Source: a virus
Direction: 5' to 3' (one strand)
Length of the DNA stretch: 64,000 nucleotides
Virus record (IMG/VR): IMGVR_UViG_3300027792_000013
Location: 51,929 to 115,928 of that record
Shown here one piece after another: positions 19,002 through 29,171 of this stretch (the stretch's first letter is position 1; every line of letters starts with the position of its first letter). The notes under the pieces are model-generated. The model saw only the letters and a program-made list of their open reading frames with translations, was not told where the DNA came from and made no database searches. Position numbers and translations under genes: made by a program.

Positions 19002-20015
19002 TCACTCAATCAGTGCTTCTTCATGTAATTTCAAAAACATTTGAACGAGAACGTCCTTGTTTATATTTGGATCTACAATAGTATCATCAAAATAACATTT
19101 TGCCATATCAATTACACTTGAAATTGATTCCAAACTTTTATTTTCAATAACAGCTCTGATATCGGCTTCAAGTTGAATCTCCTTTAATTCGAAAATATTT
19201 TGTTTTTTCAGAGACCCCACAAATGCTTCATATTTTTGTTTATCCGTTATTTTATATTGTACTAGCTTTACTATTTTGTTATTAAAATCTTTTTCTAGTA
19301 CTTTTATCATGTCTTGATCATCATTGTAAATGATTTTTTCGAAAATCTTTATGTTGGTTGGAACGAATTCTAGTTTACCATTGTCTTCTAAAATATAGTA
19401 ACCATGTTCATAATCAATTTCTCCCCAATCTAACTCCAGAATAGATCCGACATATAAAATATTGTTTTGTTGTTGACGTCTGTGCCAATGTCCACTAAAT
19501 ACCATCTCGTATTTAGAGAAGTCATTTTGGGATAATCCTTGTTTTGCTATAATTCCTCTTTGATATTCAAACCCAGAGATTTCAAAATGACCAAAACAAT
19601 AACGAGCACTAGCAAAATTAACGTTGCCCCAACCTAAAAACTGATATTTGTTTGATAGTAATAAATTATTCGAAACTACAATAAAATGTTTTTGATCTTC
19701 ACCTAAAATCTTTTTGATAACTAAAGGTGAATTAACATCACTTGTATTTCTATAGAAACAATCATGGTTACCTACAATTTGTATCCAAGAGACTTTTTTG
19801 TCTTTAATTGGTTCTATGATATCAGATATCATTTGCAAAAACGAAGTTGTTTTTATTCCTTTTTTGTCATTAAACACATCACCAAGTTGGACAATAGTTG
19901 TGTCTTTCGTTCTTGGATCTTCCCAAAACTTTTTGAAAAATTGTCCTAACCAATAGTCATGAATATCCGATTTCCCATAATGTAAATCACCTAAAATAAT
20001 CATTTGAATCTCCAA
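19002..20015 (-). CDS. gp47: gp47 SbcD/Mre11-like nuclease
   Basis: GDLHYG, LGDVF, GNHD, GHFE, SGHWH. Confidence 0.93.
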   Translation of the reverse strand: MEIQMIILGDLHYGKSDIHDYWLGQFFKKFWEDPRTKDTTIVQLGDVFNDKKGIKTTSFLQMISDIIEPIKDKKVSWIQIVGNHDCFYRNTSDVNSPLVIKKILGEDQKHFIVVSNNLLLSNKYQFLGWGNVNFASARYCFGHFEISGFEYQRGIIAKQGLSQNDFSKYEMVFSGHWHRRQQQNNILYVGSILELDWGEIDYEHGYYILEDNGKLEFVPTNIKIFEKIIYNDDQDMIKVLEKDFNNKIVKLVQYKITDKQKYEAFVGSLKKQNIFELKEIQLEADIRAVIENKSLESISSVIDMAKCYFDDTIVDPNINKDVLVQMFLKLHEEALIE

Positions 20016-20233
20016 TACTTAACATTTCGATTGATAAACTTTCTGTCCATAGATTCAACCAATCCATCTTTTTTAAATTTGTTTAAACATTTACATATTT
20101 GTTTGTTGATTCTTTTGACATTTCCCGATGTTGAATATTGCTGTAGCCAGGTCAAATATTTCATAGTTAATACATGAGTTCTTGTCCACTCAGATGTTAA
20201 AGTCGAACAAATAAAATGTCTTATTGTTATCAT
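20000..20233 (-). CDS. Small hypothetical protein (possible winged helix), probably leaderless
   Basis: AAGTT-N15-TATAAT (20240-20265), then ATG 6 nt downstream. Confidence 0.5.
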   Translation of the reverse strand: MITIRHFICSTLTSEWTRTHVLTMKYLTWLQQYSTSGNVKRINKQICKCLNKFKKDGLVESMDRKFINRNVKYWRFK

Positions 20234-20284
20234 ATTGTTATTATAAATGAAGTCATAAAAAAACTTTAGAATGATTTTAAATTT

Positions 20285-20800
20285 TTATTGATTGGGATTA
20301 ATGGTTGTAAATTCATCTATCCACGCCAAAATTTTTCTGGTATTTTGTTGTTGAATTGGTTCTGGTTCGGATTCTTCTCGTAAAATAGGTTTTATTTTTT
20401 TGATATTGTTACGGATTCGAACTTCATACAAACTTTCATCACATAATTTGTCTTTCTCTTGTTTAATAATATCCAACTGGACGTGTTCTTTGTTTAGTTT
20501 TTGCATGGAACACGTCCAGATAATTTGGGTAAAAAACGCATAGGGATTTTTGGTTTTTTTGGGGTCAAAATTTCTAGCATATCTAATACAGTATTCAACC
20601 CCATCTTGAATCCAATCTTCTATCCAGGTATACCCACACCAATTGTATCGTCTTGCTATATTTTGGGCCAAAATCAAAAACATTCGAGCTAATTTGTCAT
20701 GAATTCTTGTTGATGAATCCTTCTTTTTATCTTCAATATATTTGCAAATCTCAATAAAAAACTCTTGATTGTTCAAATAAATATTTTTTTGTAGTTCCAT
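20285..20800 (-). CDS. gp55: gp55 late-transcription sigma factor
   Basis: YLNNQEF, YNWCGYTW.EDWIQDGVE, NFDPKKTKNPYAFFTQI. Confidence 0.9.
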   Translation of the reverse strand: MELQKNIYLNNQEFFIEICKYIEDKKKDSSTRIHDKLARMFLILAQNIARRYNWCGYTWIEDWIQDGVEYCIRYARNFDPKKTKNPYAFFTQIIWTCSMQKLNKEHVQLDIIKQEKDKLCDESLYEVRIRNNIKKIKPILREESEPEPIQQQNTRKILAWIDEFTTINPNQ

Positions 20801-20842
20801 ATATTAATTATAATATATTTTTCGTGGTTTCTATAAAAAATT

Positions 20843-23149
20843 TTAAATTTTTAAAAAAGTACTATACAAAATCGTGTTTTCATTGTATTGTTCTTTAAAA
20901 AATTTGGAGACATTAAATAAATTGTAGAAAAACAGCTTATTTTTTGTAGTTGTAACATTAAACTTTTTATTATTTAATAATAAGTCTTTATATTGTTTTA
21001 AATGATCAATAATTTTTTTTACTCTATAGAATGTAAGCGCTGTACAGCGCTTAGTGGCCTTTAGGCCACTAATAAAAATTTGTACTATCAATTTTACATC
21101 AATTTTTCTTTGCAATAAATTTGTACAATCAATAGTACAATCATTTGATAAACGAACGTTATTTTGTTTTTCTTCTTCGTTTCTAAACGGTTTTGTAAAT
21201 TCCATCCATTTTTTATCATATTCAGAATCTTGATCTGAAAATGATCCCATATATATATTTTTTTGTTTCAACATTACAGTTAACGTATTTAAGAATTCAA
21301 AAACGTTTTTATACTTTAATTGTAAACCTTTAGATTGATACATTCCAGTGTAAGTAAAACATTTATCCGATAAGTAGTTGTTATGAACTTTATCAATTAA
21401 AGGCACGTTGAAAATTACATATACATTTTCAACTTTGTCAGTACTTCTATATCCTAAACATCTACCCAAGGCCTGTTGAATCTTATCAGTAATCAATAGA
21501 TATACAATGTGGTTTTCGAAATTGCTACTATCAAAAAATTCATAGAGATTTTGTGTGCTTTTCAAAATTTGTGGAATAAATAGGGCTTTCATAGCTGTTA
21601 TTTCCTCTGGACTTGGATATGTAATCATTATTCCCACATTCTTTTTCGTTTTTGAGTTTTTCAGGTTTTCTTGAATGGTATTAATTCCTTTGATATTAAC
21701 TAAATTGAATTCTTGCCCCATACTATTACCAAAAAACAAATTGTCATCGATATCAAATAATTTACAAGCTAATTTTTTAGCAAATACGAGTCTATCTCTA
21801 CCAGACAAAACCAAATCAGATTTTTTAACAGAATTTAAACCTTCGACCCCAATGTAATGTAGTTTGGGTTCCAATATGTTGTGATTGATATCAAGTTTTT
21901 TTAGATCTGCTCCGGATTTTTCGCTAACATAGTCCATGATAACAGAACTCATTTTTTCAGTGCTTAGAATTATGTTAACCAAATTTTTTGACTGGAACCA
22001 ATATCGATCTCTGATTTCAACCACACTTTTTTGTTTATAAGTCTCAATTTCAAGGTATTCTGATTCAATTTTTATGCTTCTACATTTTTTTTCTTTAAGT
22101 AGTTTGTCAAATTGTCGAATTTTAGGATCTTCAATGTTTTTTATTTTATAAGTATTTGAAAGCGCCAACAATAACTTTTTGTCATAATTTTTATCATTTT
22201 GTTTTGTTACTATTTTTACTGGATTATATACATTTTGTTCACATTCATCTTGTACACAAATGCAAGCAAATCCATTGTATAACCAACTAATAGATGGCCA
22301 CAAATGTTCGAATTTTTTAGTTGTCATCAAAAAGATTCTATCTTTTTGTTTGAATTGATTGACCTGGGAATTGTATATATCCATAATCATTCTGTCTTCA
22401 TCGGCATCGATTAAACTTGAAGAATCGAGAAAGGCCCTAATTGATTTTGACTGTCTTTCGAATTCTGTTAAACTATTTTTGTAAGCTTCGATTTCTTCTG
22501 GGGTTTGTAGATTTCGTAATTCTGTGATACTATGATCAATGATTTTTTTAACACTGCGATGATCCACATCTACCATTTCAGTATATAGACTTTGGTACTC
22601 ATTTTTTATTCTTAACATGTCTTTTTGTAGTTCTTGATCGGCAACAAATCCACGTCTATTTTCGTATACAACATTCAAAATAATGTCAAGATTTGAATAG
22701 ATAATCATATACGGTTTTTGTAGTGTTATCATCAATTTTTCGATTTCTTCGAGTCTTTTATGAGTTGAACAACAAAATATATTGCCTAAACCTAACTCCG
22801 ATAATGCGCAATATGATTTTCCGGTTCCTTCGTTTGAAAGCACCAAATAGAAATTTCCATTGTATATAAGACTTTTGTAATCAATTGATTTATATACATC
22901 CTTAAAAAATTGTTTCAAATCTCGTTGCATTTGGTCTTTGTCCGGAGTTTGTATTTTATCAAAATCATTTTTAGAAAAGATCAGACTATGTTTATCATAA
23001 TGTTTACCGATTTGGGTTTCATCATTTTGTAAAATAAAATCGATGTTATTACTTTTACTGTTTTTACTAAATTGCATCGAATTTTCGAATTCGCCCCGAA
23101 AAATCAATTCCGGATGTAAATGTGATACTTGTGACAAAAATTCTTTCAT
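20843..23149 (-). CDS. Large divergent SF2-helicase-like P-loop protein
   Basis: SNEGTGKS (Walker A), VQDE (Walker B-like), LSTE (motif III-like), QQALGRCLGYR (motif VI-like). Confidence 0.5.
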   Translation of the reverse strand: MKEFLSQVSHLHPELIFRGEFENSMQFSKNSKSNNIDFILQNDETQIGKHYDKHSLIFSKNDFDKIQTPDKDQMQRDLKQFFKDVYKSIDYKSLIYNGNFYLVLSNEGTGKSYCALSELGLGNIFCCSTHKRLEEIEKLMITLQKPYMIIYSNLDIILNVVYENRRGFVADQELQKDMLRIKNEYQSLYTEMVDVDHRSVKKIIDHSITELRNLQTPEEIEAYKNSLTEFERQSKSIRAFLDSSSLIDADEDRMIMDIYNSQVNQFKQKDRIFLMTTKKFEHLWPSISWLYNGFACICVQDECEQNVYNPVKIVTKQNDKNYDKKLLLALSNTYKIKNIEDPKIRQFDKLLKEKKCRSIKIESEYLEIETYKQKSVVEIRDRYWFQSKNLVNIILSTEKMSSVIMDYVSEKSGADLKKLDINHNILEPKLHYIGVEGLNSVKKSDLVLSGRDRLVFAKKLACKLFDIDDNLFFGNSMGQEFNLVNIKGINTIQENLKNSKTKKNVGIMITYPSPEEITAMKALFIPQILKSTQNLYEFFDSSNFENHIVYLLITDKIQQALGRCLGYRSTDKVENVYVIFNVPLIDKVHNNYLSDKCFTYTGMYQSKGLQLKYKNVFEFLNTLTVMLKQKNIYMGSFSDQDSEYDKKWMEFTKPFRNEEEKQNNVRLSNDCTIDCTNLLQRKIDVKLIVQIFISGLKATKRCTALTFYRVKKIIDHLKQYKDLLLNNKKFNVTTTKNKLFFYNLFNVSKFFKEQYNENTILYSTFLKI

Positions 23150-23171
23150 TTTTGGCCTCTATAATTTTAGA

Positions 23172-23423
23172 TCAAATTGTTGGAAACAAAGTAGATATTT
23201 TAGTAGCTATAGTTTCTGCGCTACTTTTGTCTTCAAAAAACAAATCAAATCTACTACCATCAACCCAAAACGAAAACCTATACAATTGAATTGTTTTTTT
23301 CGAATTGGGCACATTTGGATCAATAATTTCTTCTAGAGTTTCTTGTACATCCGAATAAGCAGACAGTAATGATTTTCGAAAACAATAACCCCCAACATTA
23401 ATAAAGTCTTTGGAATTGTCCAT
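23172..23423 (-). CDS. Hypothetical protein
   Basis: GGAGG RBS; co-oriented. Confidence 0.55.
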   Translation of the reverse strand: MDNSKDFINVGGYCFRKSLLSAYSDVQETLEEIIDPNVPNSKKTIQLYRFSFWVDGSRFDLFFEDKSSAETIATKISTLFPTI

Positions 23424-23762
23424 TTAATCCTCCATATTTAATTTATCTTGTTTTATAGCATCAATCAATCCCATTTCACTTGTGGTAAATTTTCTGTATT
23501 GTTTTATTATGTCAATAATTTTTTCATAGATTCGTTCTTGTTCTATTTCTATTAATCTCATACGAATAGTAACATTGACATTTTCCGAAAAATAGAGATG
23601 TATTTCAGGTTCATCCGGTAATTTACAAAATGAGACCGATTTTAGTTCATCAAGAAAACCTAGGAATCTATTTTTTTCTAGTTCTATGATCAAAATAGAC
23701 AGATTGAAATTGTACTTTAAAAAAAATTTTTCCACTGTATGTGGTTCAATGTAAAAATTCAT
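23424..23762 (-). CDS. Hypothetical protein
   Basis: GGAGG RBS; co-oriented. Confidence 0.55.
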   Translation of the reverse strand: MNFYIEPHTVEKFFLKYNFNLSILIIELEKNRFLGFLDELKSVSFCKLPDEPEIHLYFSENVNVTIRMRLIEIEQERIYEKIIDIIKQYRKFTTSEMGLIDAIKQDKLNMED

Positions 23763-23764
23763 AG

Positions 23765-25318
23765 TTATCCTCCATTATTGTATTTTTCTAACCGTATTGT
23801 TTTTGTAACAACCGGAAATCCCTCTTTTTTATAGATTTTGAGTCTTTCTTTTCCGTGTTCATATGCTATATTATGACATGTTTTTTTTGGATTATTGAAA
23901 ACAAAGGTTAAATCATCAGTAAACTCTACGAAATTCATATTTTGCTTTGTATCTGATTTTCGTAGTCCCCTCCCAATTAACTGCAAAAGTCGAATCTGAG
24001 TTTTTATTGGAATTGGACAAACAACATTTGTTAATTCAATTATGTTTACGCCCATTCCGAAAATCTGAATTGAAGCCACAACTATACAATTTACAGAGGT
24101 TTCAATTTGTCTTCGTATTTTTTCTCTTTCAATGGCTGTTATACTACCGTCGATATAATACACTGGTCGATTTGAAATTTGTTTCAAAATGTTTTCAAGA
24201 TTTCTTCCGTATTCAATTCTATTGAAAACCACAAGTGTATTTCCATTTAATTTCGTTATAAACTCAGATATTAATTTATTGCGTTTTTCATGGCTCAATA
24301 TGTATGTTAATTCTCTTTGGTAATCGCGGTCACTATTTAAATATGATCCGCCTATTAGTCGGCATTCATCTAGTGGATATTTCAAAACAACATTATATAC
24401 CATTAGTTTTGCCAATACATTTTCTTCTATTAAAGTTTTTGTCTCTACAATTTCGTAAATGTTTCCTAAAAGTCCGGTGATTACATTTTTATGAGTTACG
24501 AATGAATCAAGACTTCCAGTTACTCCAAGTCTCCATGAAGCATTAATAGAGTTTTCACATATTTTTTTAATAGAATCAGTTTTTGCCTCGTGAACCTCAT
24601 CAATTATTAAAGATTTAAATTTGTGAAAATAGCTTTCGTCCTGGTCATAAATGCTTTGCCAGGTACTGATATAGATTTGTTTGTTGTCGTCTTTCTTTAC
24701 TCCACCTGTAATAGCATGAATCATATTTTCTATTTTACCATAATTTTTATTATATGCCAAAAAATCACTTTGCATTTGCAAAACTAAATTTATACGAGGA
24801 ACAACCAATAGGACCTTTTCATTTTTACTGAGTACATGTTCAAGTAGAAATTTAATGTAAAGGTAAATTGAAAAAGATTTTCCGCTTCCAGTTGGGCATT
24901 TGCCGACGAATTTTTGTTCTCGTAGAGCTCCCAAAACCAAATCGTGTTGATACCAACGTATATCAAAATTTCCTTTATATAATCCAATTTCTTTTTTTAT
25001 ATCTTCTAAATCAATTTTTTCAATTTGGAATTTCGGATCCAATTTATAAGGTATACTATATTTTTGCAGAATTTTCTCAACTTTATATAATAATCCAAGA
25101 TAAGTTGAAGATGTTCTCAAATTAAACAATCTAATTTTTCCATCCCATCTACCAGATTTATACATTGGCATAAACCAAGCATTTGGAACCATGAAAGTAA
25201 AACTTTCAGACAATGTTTGTTTTATTCCTTCGTCATCAGTATGAATCTTTATAAATGATTCATTTAGTTTTTCAATAAAAACATTATCCATGTCCCTCCA
25301 AAAATTTTTGATGATCAA
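23765..25318 (-). CDS. uvsW: UvsW SF2 DNA helicase (likely start about 25291, MDNVF)
   Basis: WDGKIRLF, PTGSGKS, STWQS, DEVH, TGS, QLIGRGLR. Confidence 0.94.
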   Translation of the reverse strand: MIIKNFWRDMDNVFIEKLNESFIKIHTDDEGIKQTLSESFTFMVPNAWFMPMYKSGRWDGKIRLFNLRTSSTYLGLLYKVEKILQKYSIPYKLDPKFQIEKIDLEDIKKEIGLYKGNFDIRWYQHDLVLGALREQKFVGKCPTGSGKSFSIYLYIKFLLEHVLSKNEKVLLVVPRINLVLQMQSDFLAYNKNYGKIENMIHAITGGVKKDDNKQIYISTWQSIYDQDESYFHKFKSLIIDEVHEAKTDSIKKICENSINASWRLGVTGSLDSFVTHKNVITGLLGNIYEIVETKTLIEENVLAKLMVYNVVLKYPLDECRLIGGSYLNSDRDYQRELTYILSHEKRNKLISEFITKLNGNTLVVFNRIEYGRNLENILKQISNRPVYYIDGSITAIEREKIRRQIETSVNCIVVASIQIFGMGVNIIELTNVVCPIPIKTQIRLLQLIGRGLRKSDTKQNMNFVEFTDDLTFVFNNPKKTCHNIAYEHGKERLKIYKKEGFPVVTKTIRLEKYNNGG

Positions 25319-25685
25319 TAATATTTTTAATACACCAAACTCTCTCTCTGAAACTAATAATAACTTCTTTTAGATATTTTATGATTTCAGTTTGTAATTC
25401 AATAGTTTCTTTCAAGTTAGCAATTTCATAATCTCCATTGAGAAGCATATCTAATTCTTTATTTGTTTCTGGGATCAAAGTATGTTTACATTTATAATGT
25501 AACATTTTTGATGAAATTTTTATTGCCAATTCTTTTTGTAATTTGATAACCCTTTTGTTTTCATCTAATAGTAAATCAATGTAAAATTGGGTCAAATAAG
25601 GAGCTTTTGCCGCTTCATCAACCAGTTTTGTTTTGTCAATCCATAGTTCTTTTTTTGCTTTTTCTTGAAGTTCTTCAATTGTCAT
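25284..25685 (-). CDS. uvsY: UvsY recombination mediator
   Basis: Size, position next to uvsW, C-terminal R.W.IKNIIDHQKFLEG. Confidence 0.85.
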   Translation of the reverse strand: MTIEELQEKAKKELWIDKTKLVDEAAKAPYLTQFYIDLLLDENKRVIKLQKELAIKISSKMLHYKCKHTLIPETNKELDMLLNGDYEIANLKETIELQTEIIKYLKEVIISFRERVWCIKNIIDHQKFLEGHG

Positions 25686-25704
25686 ATTATATTACCATTA
25701 TTGT

Positions 25705-25732
25705 ATTATAAATTAAAACTAAAAATAACTTT
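25705..25732 (-). promoter_or_regulatory. AAGTT-N16-TATAAT promoter for uvsY-uvsW
   Basis: TAAAGTT atttttagttttaatt TATAAT; overlaps the gp13 stop codon. Confidence 0.68.
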
Positions 25733-26459
25733 AGGCATAAAAAAAATCAATGGGTAAACTGTATTTTGTTTTTAGTTCTTCCATACATTCCTCTATAATT
25801 TTACTTCCTCTTTCGAGAATTTTTTCACCGTTTAACTGACTATTTCCTGGTAATGGAACCCCCGAATATTTGTCTAAATTAGCTCCCCATTGTTCCAAGA
25901 ACCTCCCATAAACATATTTTTTCATCCATTCTTCGTTGAAAATTCCAGTAACAGTGGAGGAATCCAAGGATGTAAAAACTTTCAGTATATAAACTGAACT
26001 GTCATCAATAACACCTGGTGGGGTTGTAAAATTAATGATGTGATCAATTGGGTTGAAATTAAATGTCAACATTGCCCGATATCTACTATCAATCATTTTG
26101 AGTTTTTCTAATAGAAGTTCATATCCAACCAAATCCATATCAGACATGATATACCGGGCATCTTGCATAAAATCCCACTGTAAAGAAAAAGTTGGTTCCC
26201 CTAATGCGGTTGTAGTTGTTCTCAAAGCTTCAGTAACAGCTATAATATTTTCATCTAATTCATAGCTGGTTTCACCGTCAACTACTGATAGAATCAAAAA
26301 CCCAGATTTAAAACCATCATAATGATATTTACCAAATAATTGGAGAGCATCTTCAATTATCAGACTTTCTTGTTCAGGGGTGATTTCAACAGTTACAGCC
26401 CCATCACCACATCTCATTAAGGCATATTTTTTTAGACCATCGGCACTCGTTATTGACAT
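25731..26459 (-). CDS. gp13: gp13 neck protein
   Basis: LKKYALMRCG, YHYDG, QWGANLDKYSGVPLPG..LNG, PIDFF. Confidence 0.88.
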   Translation of the reverse strand: MSITSADGLKKYALMRCGDGAVTVEITPEQESLIIEDALQLFGKYHYDGFKSGFLILSVVDGETSYELDENIIAVTEALRTTTTALGEPTFSLQWDFMQDARYIMSDMDLVGYELLLEKLKMIDSRYRAMLTFNFNPIDHIINFTTPPGVIDDSSVYILKVFTSLDSSTVTGIFNEEWMKKYVYGRFLEQWGANLDKYSGVPLPGNSQLNGEKILERGSKIIEECMEELKTKYSLPIDFFYA

Positions 26460-27010
26460 TATTTTTTAGTCTTTTTTGATGCTGACTTTGTTGGTTTTTT
26501 TGGTTTTTCTGTTTTAATTATTGATGGTTGGTCAGGAATTTTGGGGGTTATTGAACTTAGAATCTCTTGATTTTTTTCAATAACAGGATCTTTGGTTTTG
26601 TTTAAAATTGTTGGTTCTACTGGAATTACTGGAGCTGGTTCTACTGGAATTACTGGAGCTGGTTCTACTGGAATTACTGGAGCTGGTTCTACTGGAGGCG
26701 AAGCATCAATAACAGTAATTTTAGGTTCAATCTCTGGTTCTTTTGAAATTTCACTCATTAGGTTGCTATAAAATTCTTTATTGATTATGGGATCAGTTCC
26801 AGTTTCCATTGTCACTTCCGCCTGGGATTTAAATTGCTCATTTTTATGAGCACCAGCGATTTCATCACTACTAATAAATTTCAACATTCCTGGATATTTT
26901 TCGGACAATCCTTCTGGTAGCCCACGATTTAGCCCCTCATGGATTCTATACGTTTTCCCCGGGACATTCATTGTCCACTTGTAGTTCAACAAATTAAAAT
27001 ATGTAGCCAT
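26459..27010 (-). CDS. Hypothetical late protein with Pro-rich repeats and basic tail
   Basis: (PVEPAPVI)x3; GGAGG RBS; TATAAATA at 27031-27038. Confidence 0.65.
   Translation of the reverse strand: MATYFNLLNYKWTMNVPGKTYRIHEGLNRGLPEGLSEKYPGMLKFISSDEIAGAHKNEQFKSQAEVTMETGTDPIINKEFYSNLMSEISKEPEIEPKITVIDASPPVEPAPVIPVEPAPVIPVEPAPVIPVEPTILNKTKDPVIEKNQEILSSITPKIPDQPSIIKTEKPKKPTKSASKKTKK
26612..26696. repeat. 24-bp tandem repeat, about 3.5 copies (tggttctactggaattactggagc)
   Basis: Seen directly; encodes PVEPAPVI. Confidence 0.9.
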
Positions 27011-27040
27011 GTTAACCTCCTAACAATACCTATTTATAAT

Positions 27041-27562
27041 TTAGTCAGTAAAATCGAATGTTGAATAAAGCAAAGTGGCATCACAAAATAGGGTATCAGG
27101 ATCAACTCTAGTAGAAAATCCTAGATTTGATAAATTTTTTACCCAGCATTGATGAAAAGCAATTTTACTAACTATATTTTTTTTATTTGAAAGCAAATAA
27201 AGAACACCTTCGGAAGTGTCAGTTTGATTTCTTAAATGTAACATAGCATCAATTGTTAACTGTTGATTTTCTGGAAGTGGAGAAAAATCTTTATTAGCTA
27301 ACATCCATCTAAACAAGTTGATATAATTACTTAGATTTTCATCAACCACAAAAGTAAATCTAAGTTCACCGAAATCAATACTAGTCCCTGGTTCTCTTTC
27401 CGTATAGAATGGATTCTGTTTATTAATTACACCAATACTAACATCTGGTATTGTGGTATCAACTATCATATATGAAAAGTCAGGAAACTTTTCTAAAGTA
27501 AAAAAGAAGTTCGTGGGATTCGTATGATTTAATATTAAATGTTCAGCGGTTTGATATATCAT
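27041..27562 (-). CDS. gp3: gp3-like tail tube terminator (tube-fold protein)
   Basis: NFFFTLEKFP, PG.SIDFGEL.FTFVVDENLSNY..LFRWM. Confidence 0.78.
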   Translation of the reverse strand: MIYQTAEHLILNHTNPTNFFFTLEKFPDFSYMIVDTTIPDVSIGVINKQNPFYTEREPGTSIDFGELRFTFVVDENLSNYINLFRWMLANKDFSPLPENQQLTIDAMLHLRNQTDTSEGVLYLLSNKKNIVSKIAFHQCWVKNLSNLGFSTRVDPDTLFCDATLLYSTFDFTD

Positions 27563-29154
27563 ATTTCCTCTGGTTCATTTTCGGGTTCTTTGTTAGGTTG
27601 TTGTCCTGGTAATTTATTTCCCTGTGGTTTACCAAATGAAACTTCGTTTTCTCCATTTTGTTCACTGTCATTTTGTTCCTCTTTTAATTTTTTCAATTTT
27701 TTCTTTTTTTCTTCCCATTCTTGTTCTGATAGTTTCAAAACATTTATGGCGAGTTCATCATCAGTAAAAAATCTGCCTACATATGGGTCTAACATTTGAA
27801 GACGCTCAATTCGCATCCGTTCCAATTCGGCTTCTTTGATTTCTTTAAACAGATTGTCTTCACTGAATTCAAAGCAAATGAATTTTCCAAATGATTGGAA
27901 ATCTTCGTCATCACAAATTCCTTTAAAAAGCAATTGACGTCGAAGTAATTCTAAAAATAGTTTTGAAAATTTGCGTCTAACTTTAGATATAAATTTTGAA
28001 AAATTAACTTCGTCTCTTTCTATTTCAGTCGTTCTTCCAAAATTTAAAACTGACTTTTCTTCGATTCCTAAACGACTGGTTGGAATTCTCATGGATTCAT
28101 ATACTTTCTTGAGGAAATAATAAAGATCATCAAGTTCACCTAGATTTTCTCCACCGCTTAAGGTATCAACCGTAGTTCCCCTACCATCAGCCGTTTTTGG
28201 TAACCAAATATCTTCGGTAGTTGCTATAACATTTCGTTCATTTAAAAGAGTTCCAGAGGATGCATCATAAATGATGTTGTTCTTGAATTTCATCGCCAGT
28301 TGTTTCATGTATTCTTCGGCTTTAACTTTAGGTAAATAACCGACATCAACCGCATATACCCTTTTTTCTGGTGCTCGAATTAATCTGTAAATTATAATAC
28401 AATCTTCAATAAGTCTCAAATTGTTAATTGCTTTTATTGATCTATGTAAATATGATAATAGTCTTCCGGTAATTCTATCATATAACCCAGATCCAACGAA
28501 AACTATTAATTCAGTAGGTATTTTAGTTGAAGTATATTCAAAATTTGTCATAAAATAACTTGCTTGAAACAAGTTTTCTTTTGGTGGTGTATATATAGGA
28601 AATACCTTTTTTGTTTTTCTGTTTAAATCAAATGTTATATTTACGGGGTCAATTCTATTGAGCTTGACTATGCCATCTTTTACATTATCTTTTTTGACAA
28701 CAACCTCGTAACATATTCGACCATCGATATACCAAGACATAAATATTTCGTCGCCAATATTTTCGAAATCCATTAGAGACAAAATGTTATCAAACTCTTC
28801 AGTAATTTTGTCTACTGTATCTTTACTGATTTGAAGTTTTTCTGGAATTTTAGAGCAATTAATTTTTACTATTTTGTCTTCTGGATCTGAAGCAATAGCT
28901 TCGTTTACAATTTCTTCTAATGCCCGATTAATTTCCGGATATTCACTAATTCTACGATATAAATCAATTGAAGATTTCTCATTTATAGGAGTTGCTGTTT
29001 TACCATCGATTTGTTGGGAATATTCCCCAACTGGCATTTCTTCGGACCACTCGGTAGTTTTTTTGGTGGTTTCACTATCATCTGAAATAAATTTCTTTTT
29101 TAGCTCTACTTCTCTACCGTAAAAAATTTCTTGTAACAACGTTGTTATACTCAT
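27559..29154 (-). CDS. gp20: gp20 portal protein
   Basis: EIVNEAI, WYIDGR, YRLIRAPEKRVY.VDVG.LPK.KAEEY, EDIWLP, RDEV.FSKF. Confidence 0.96.
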   Translation of the reverse strand: MSITTLLQEIFYGREVELKKKFISDDSETTKKTTEWSEEMPVGEYSQQIDGKTATPINEKSSIDLYRRISEYPEINRALEEIVNEAIASDPEDKIVKINCSKIPEKLQISKDTVDKITEEFDNILSLMDFENIGDEIFMSWYIDGRICYEVVVKKDNVKDGIVKLNRIDPVNITFDLNRKTKKVFPIYTPPKENLFQASYFMTNFEYTSTKIPTELIVFVGSGLYDRITGRLLSYLHRSIKAINNLRLIEDCIIIYRLIRAPEKRVYAVDVGYLPKVKAEEYMKQLAMKFKNNIIYDASSGTLLNERNVIATTEDIWLPKTADGRGTTVDTLSGGENLGELDDLYYFLKKVYESMRIPTSRLGIEEKSVLNFGRTTEIERDEVNFSKFISKVRRKFSKLFLELLRRQLLFKGICDDEDFQSFGKFICFEFSEDNLFKEIKEAELERMRIERLQMLDPYVGRFFTDDELAINVLKLSEQEWEEKKKKLKKLKEEQNDSEQNGENEVSFGKPQGNKLPGQQPNKEPENEPEEI

Positions 29155-29171
29155 TTATTCTCCACAATTAT

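Noticed and set aside
26612-26696. CRISPR-like array
   Set aside because: Contiguous in-frame coding repeats without spacers
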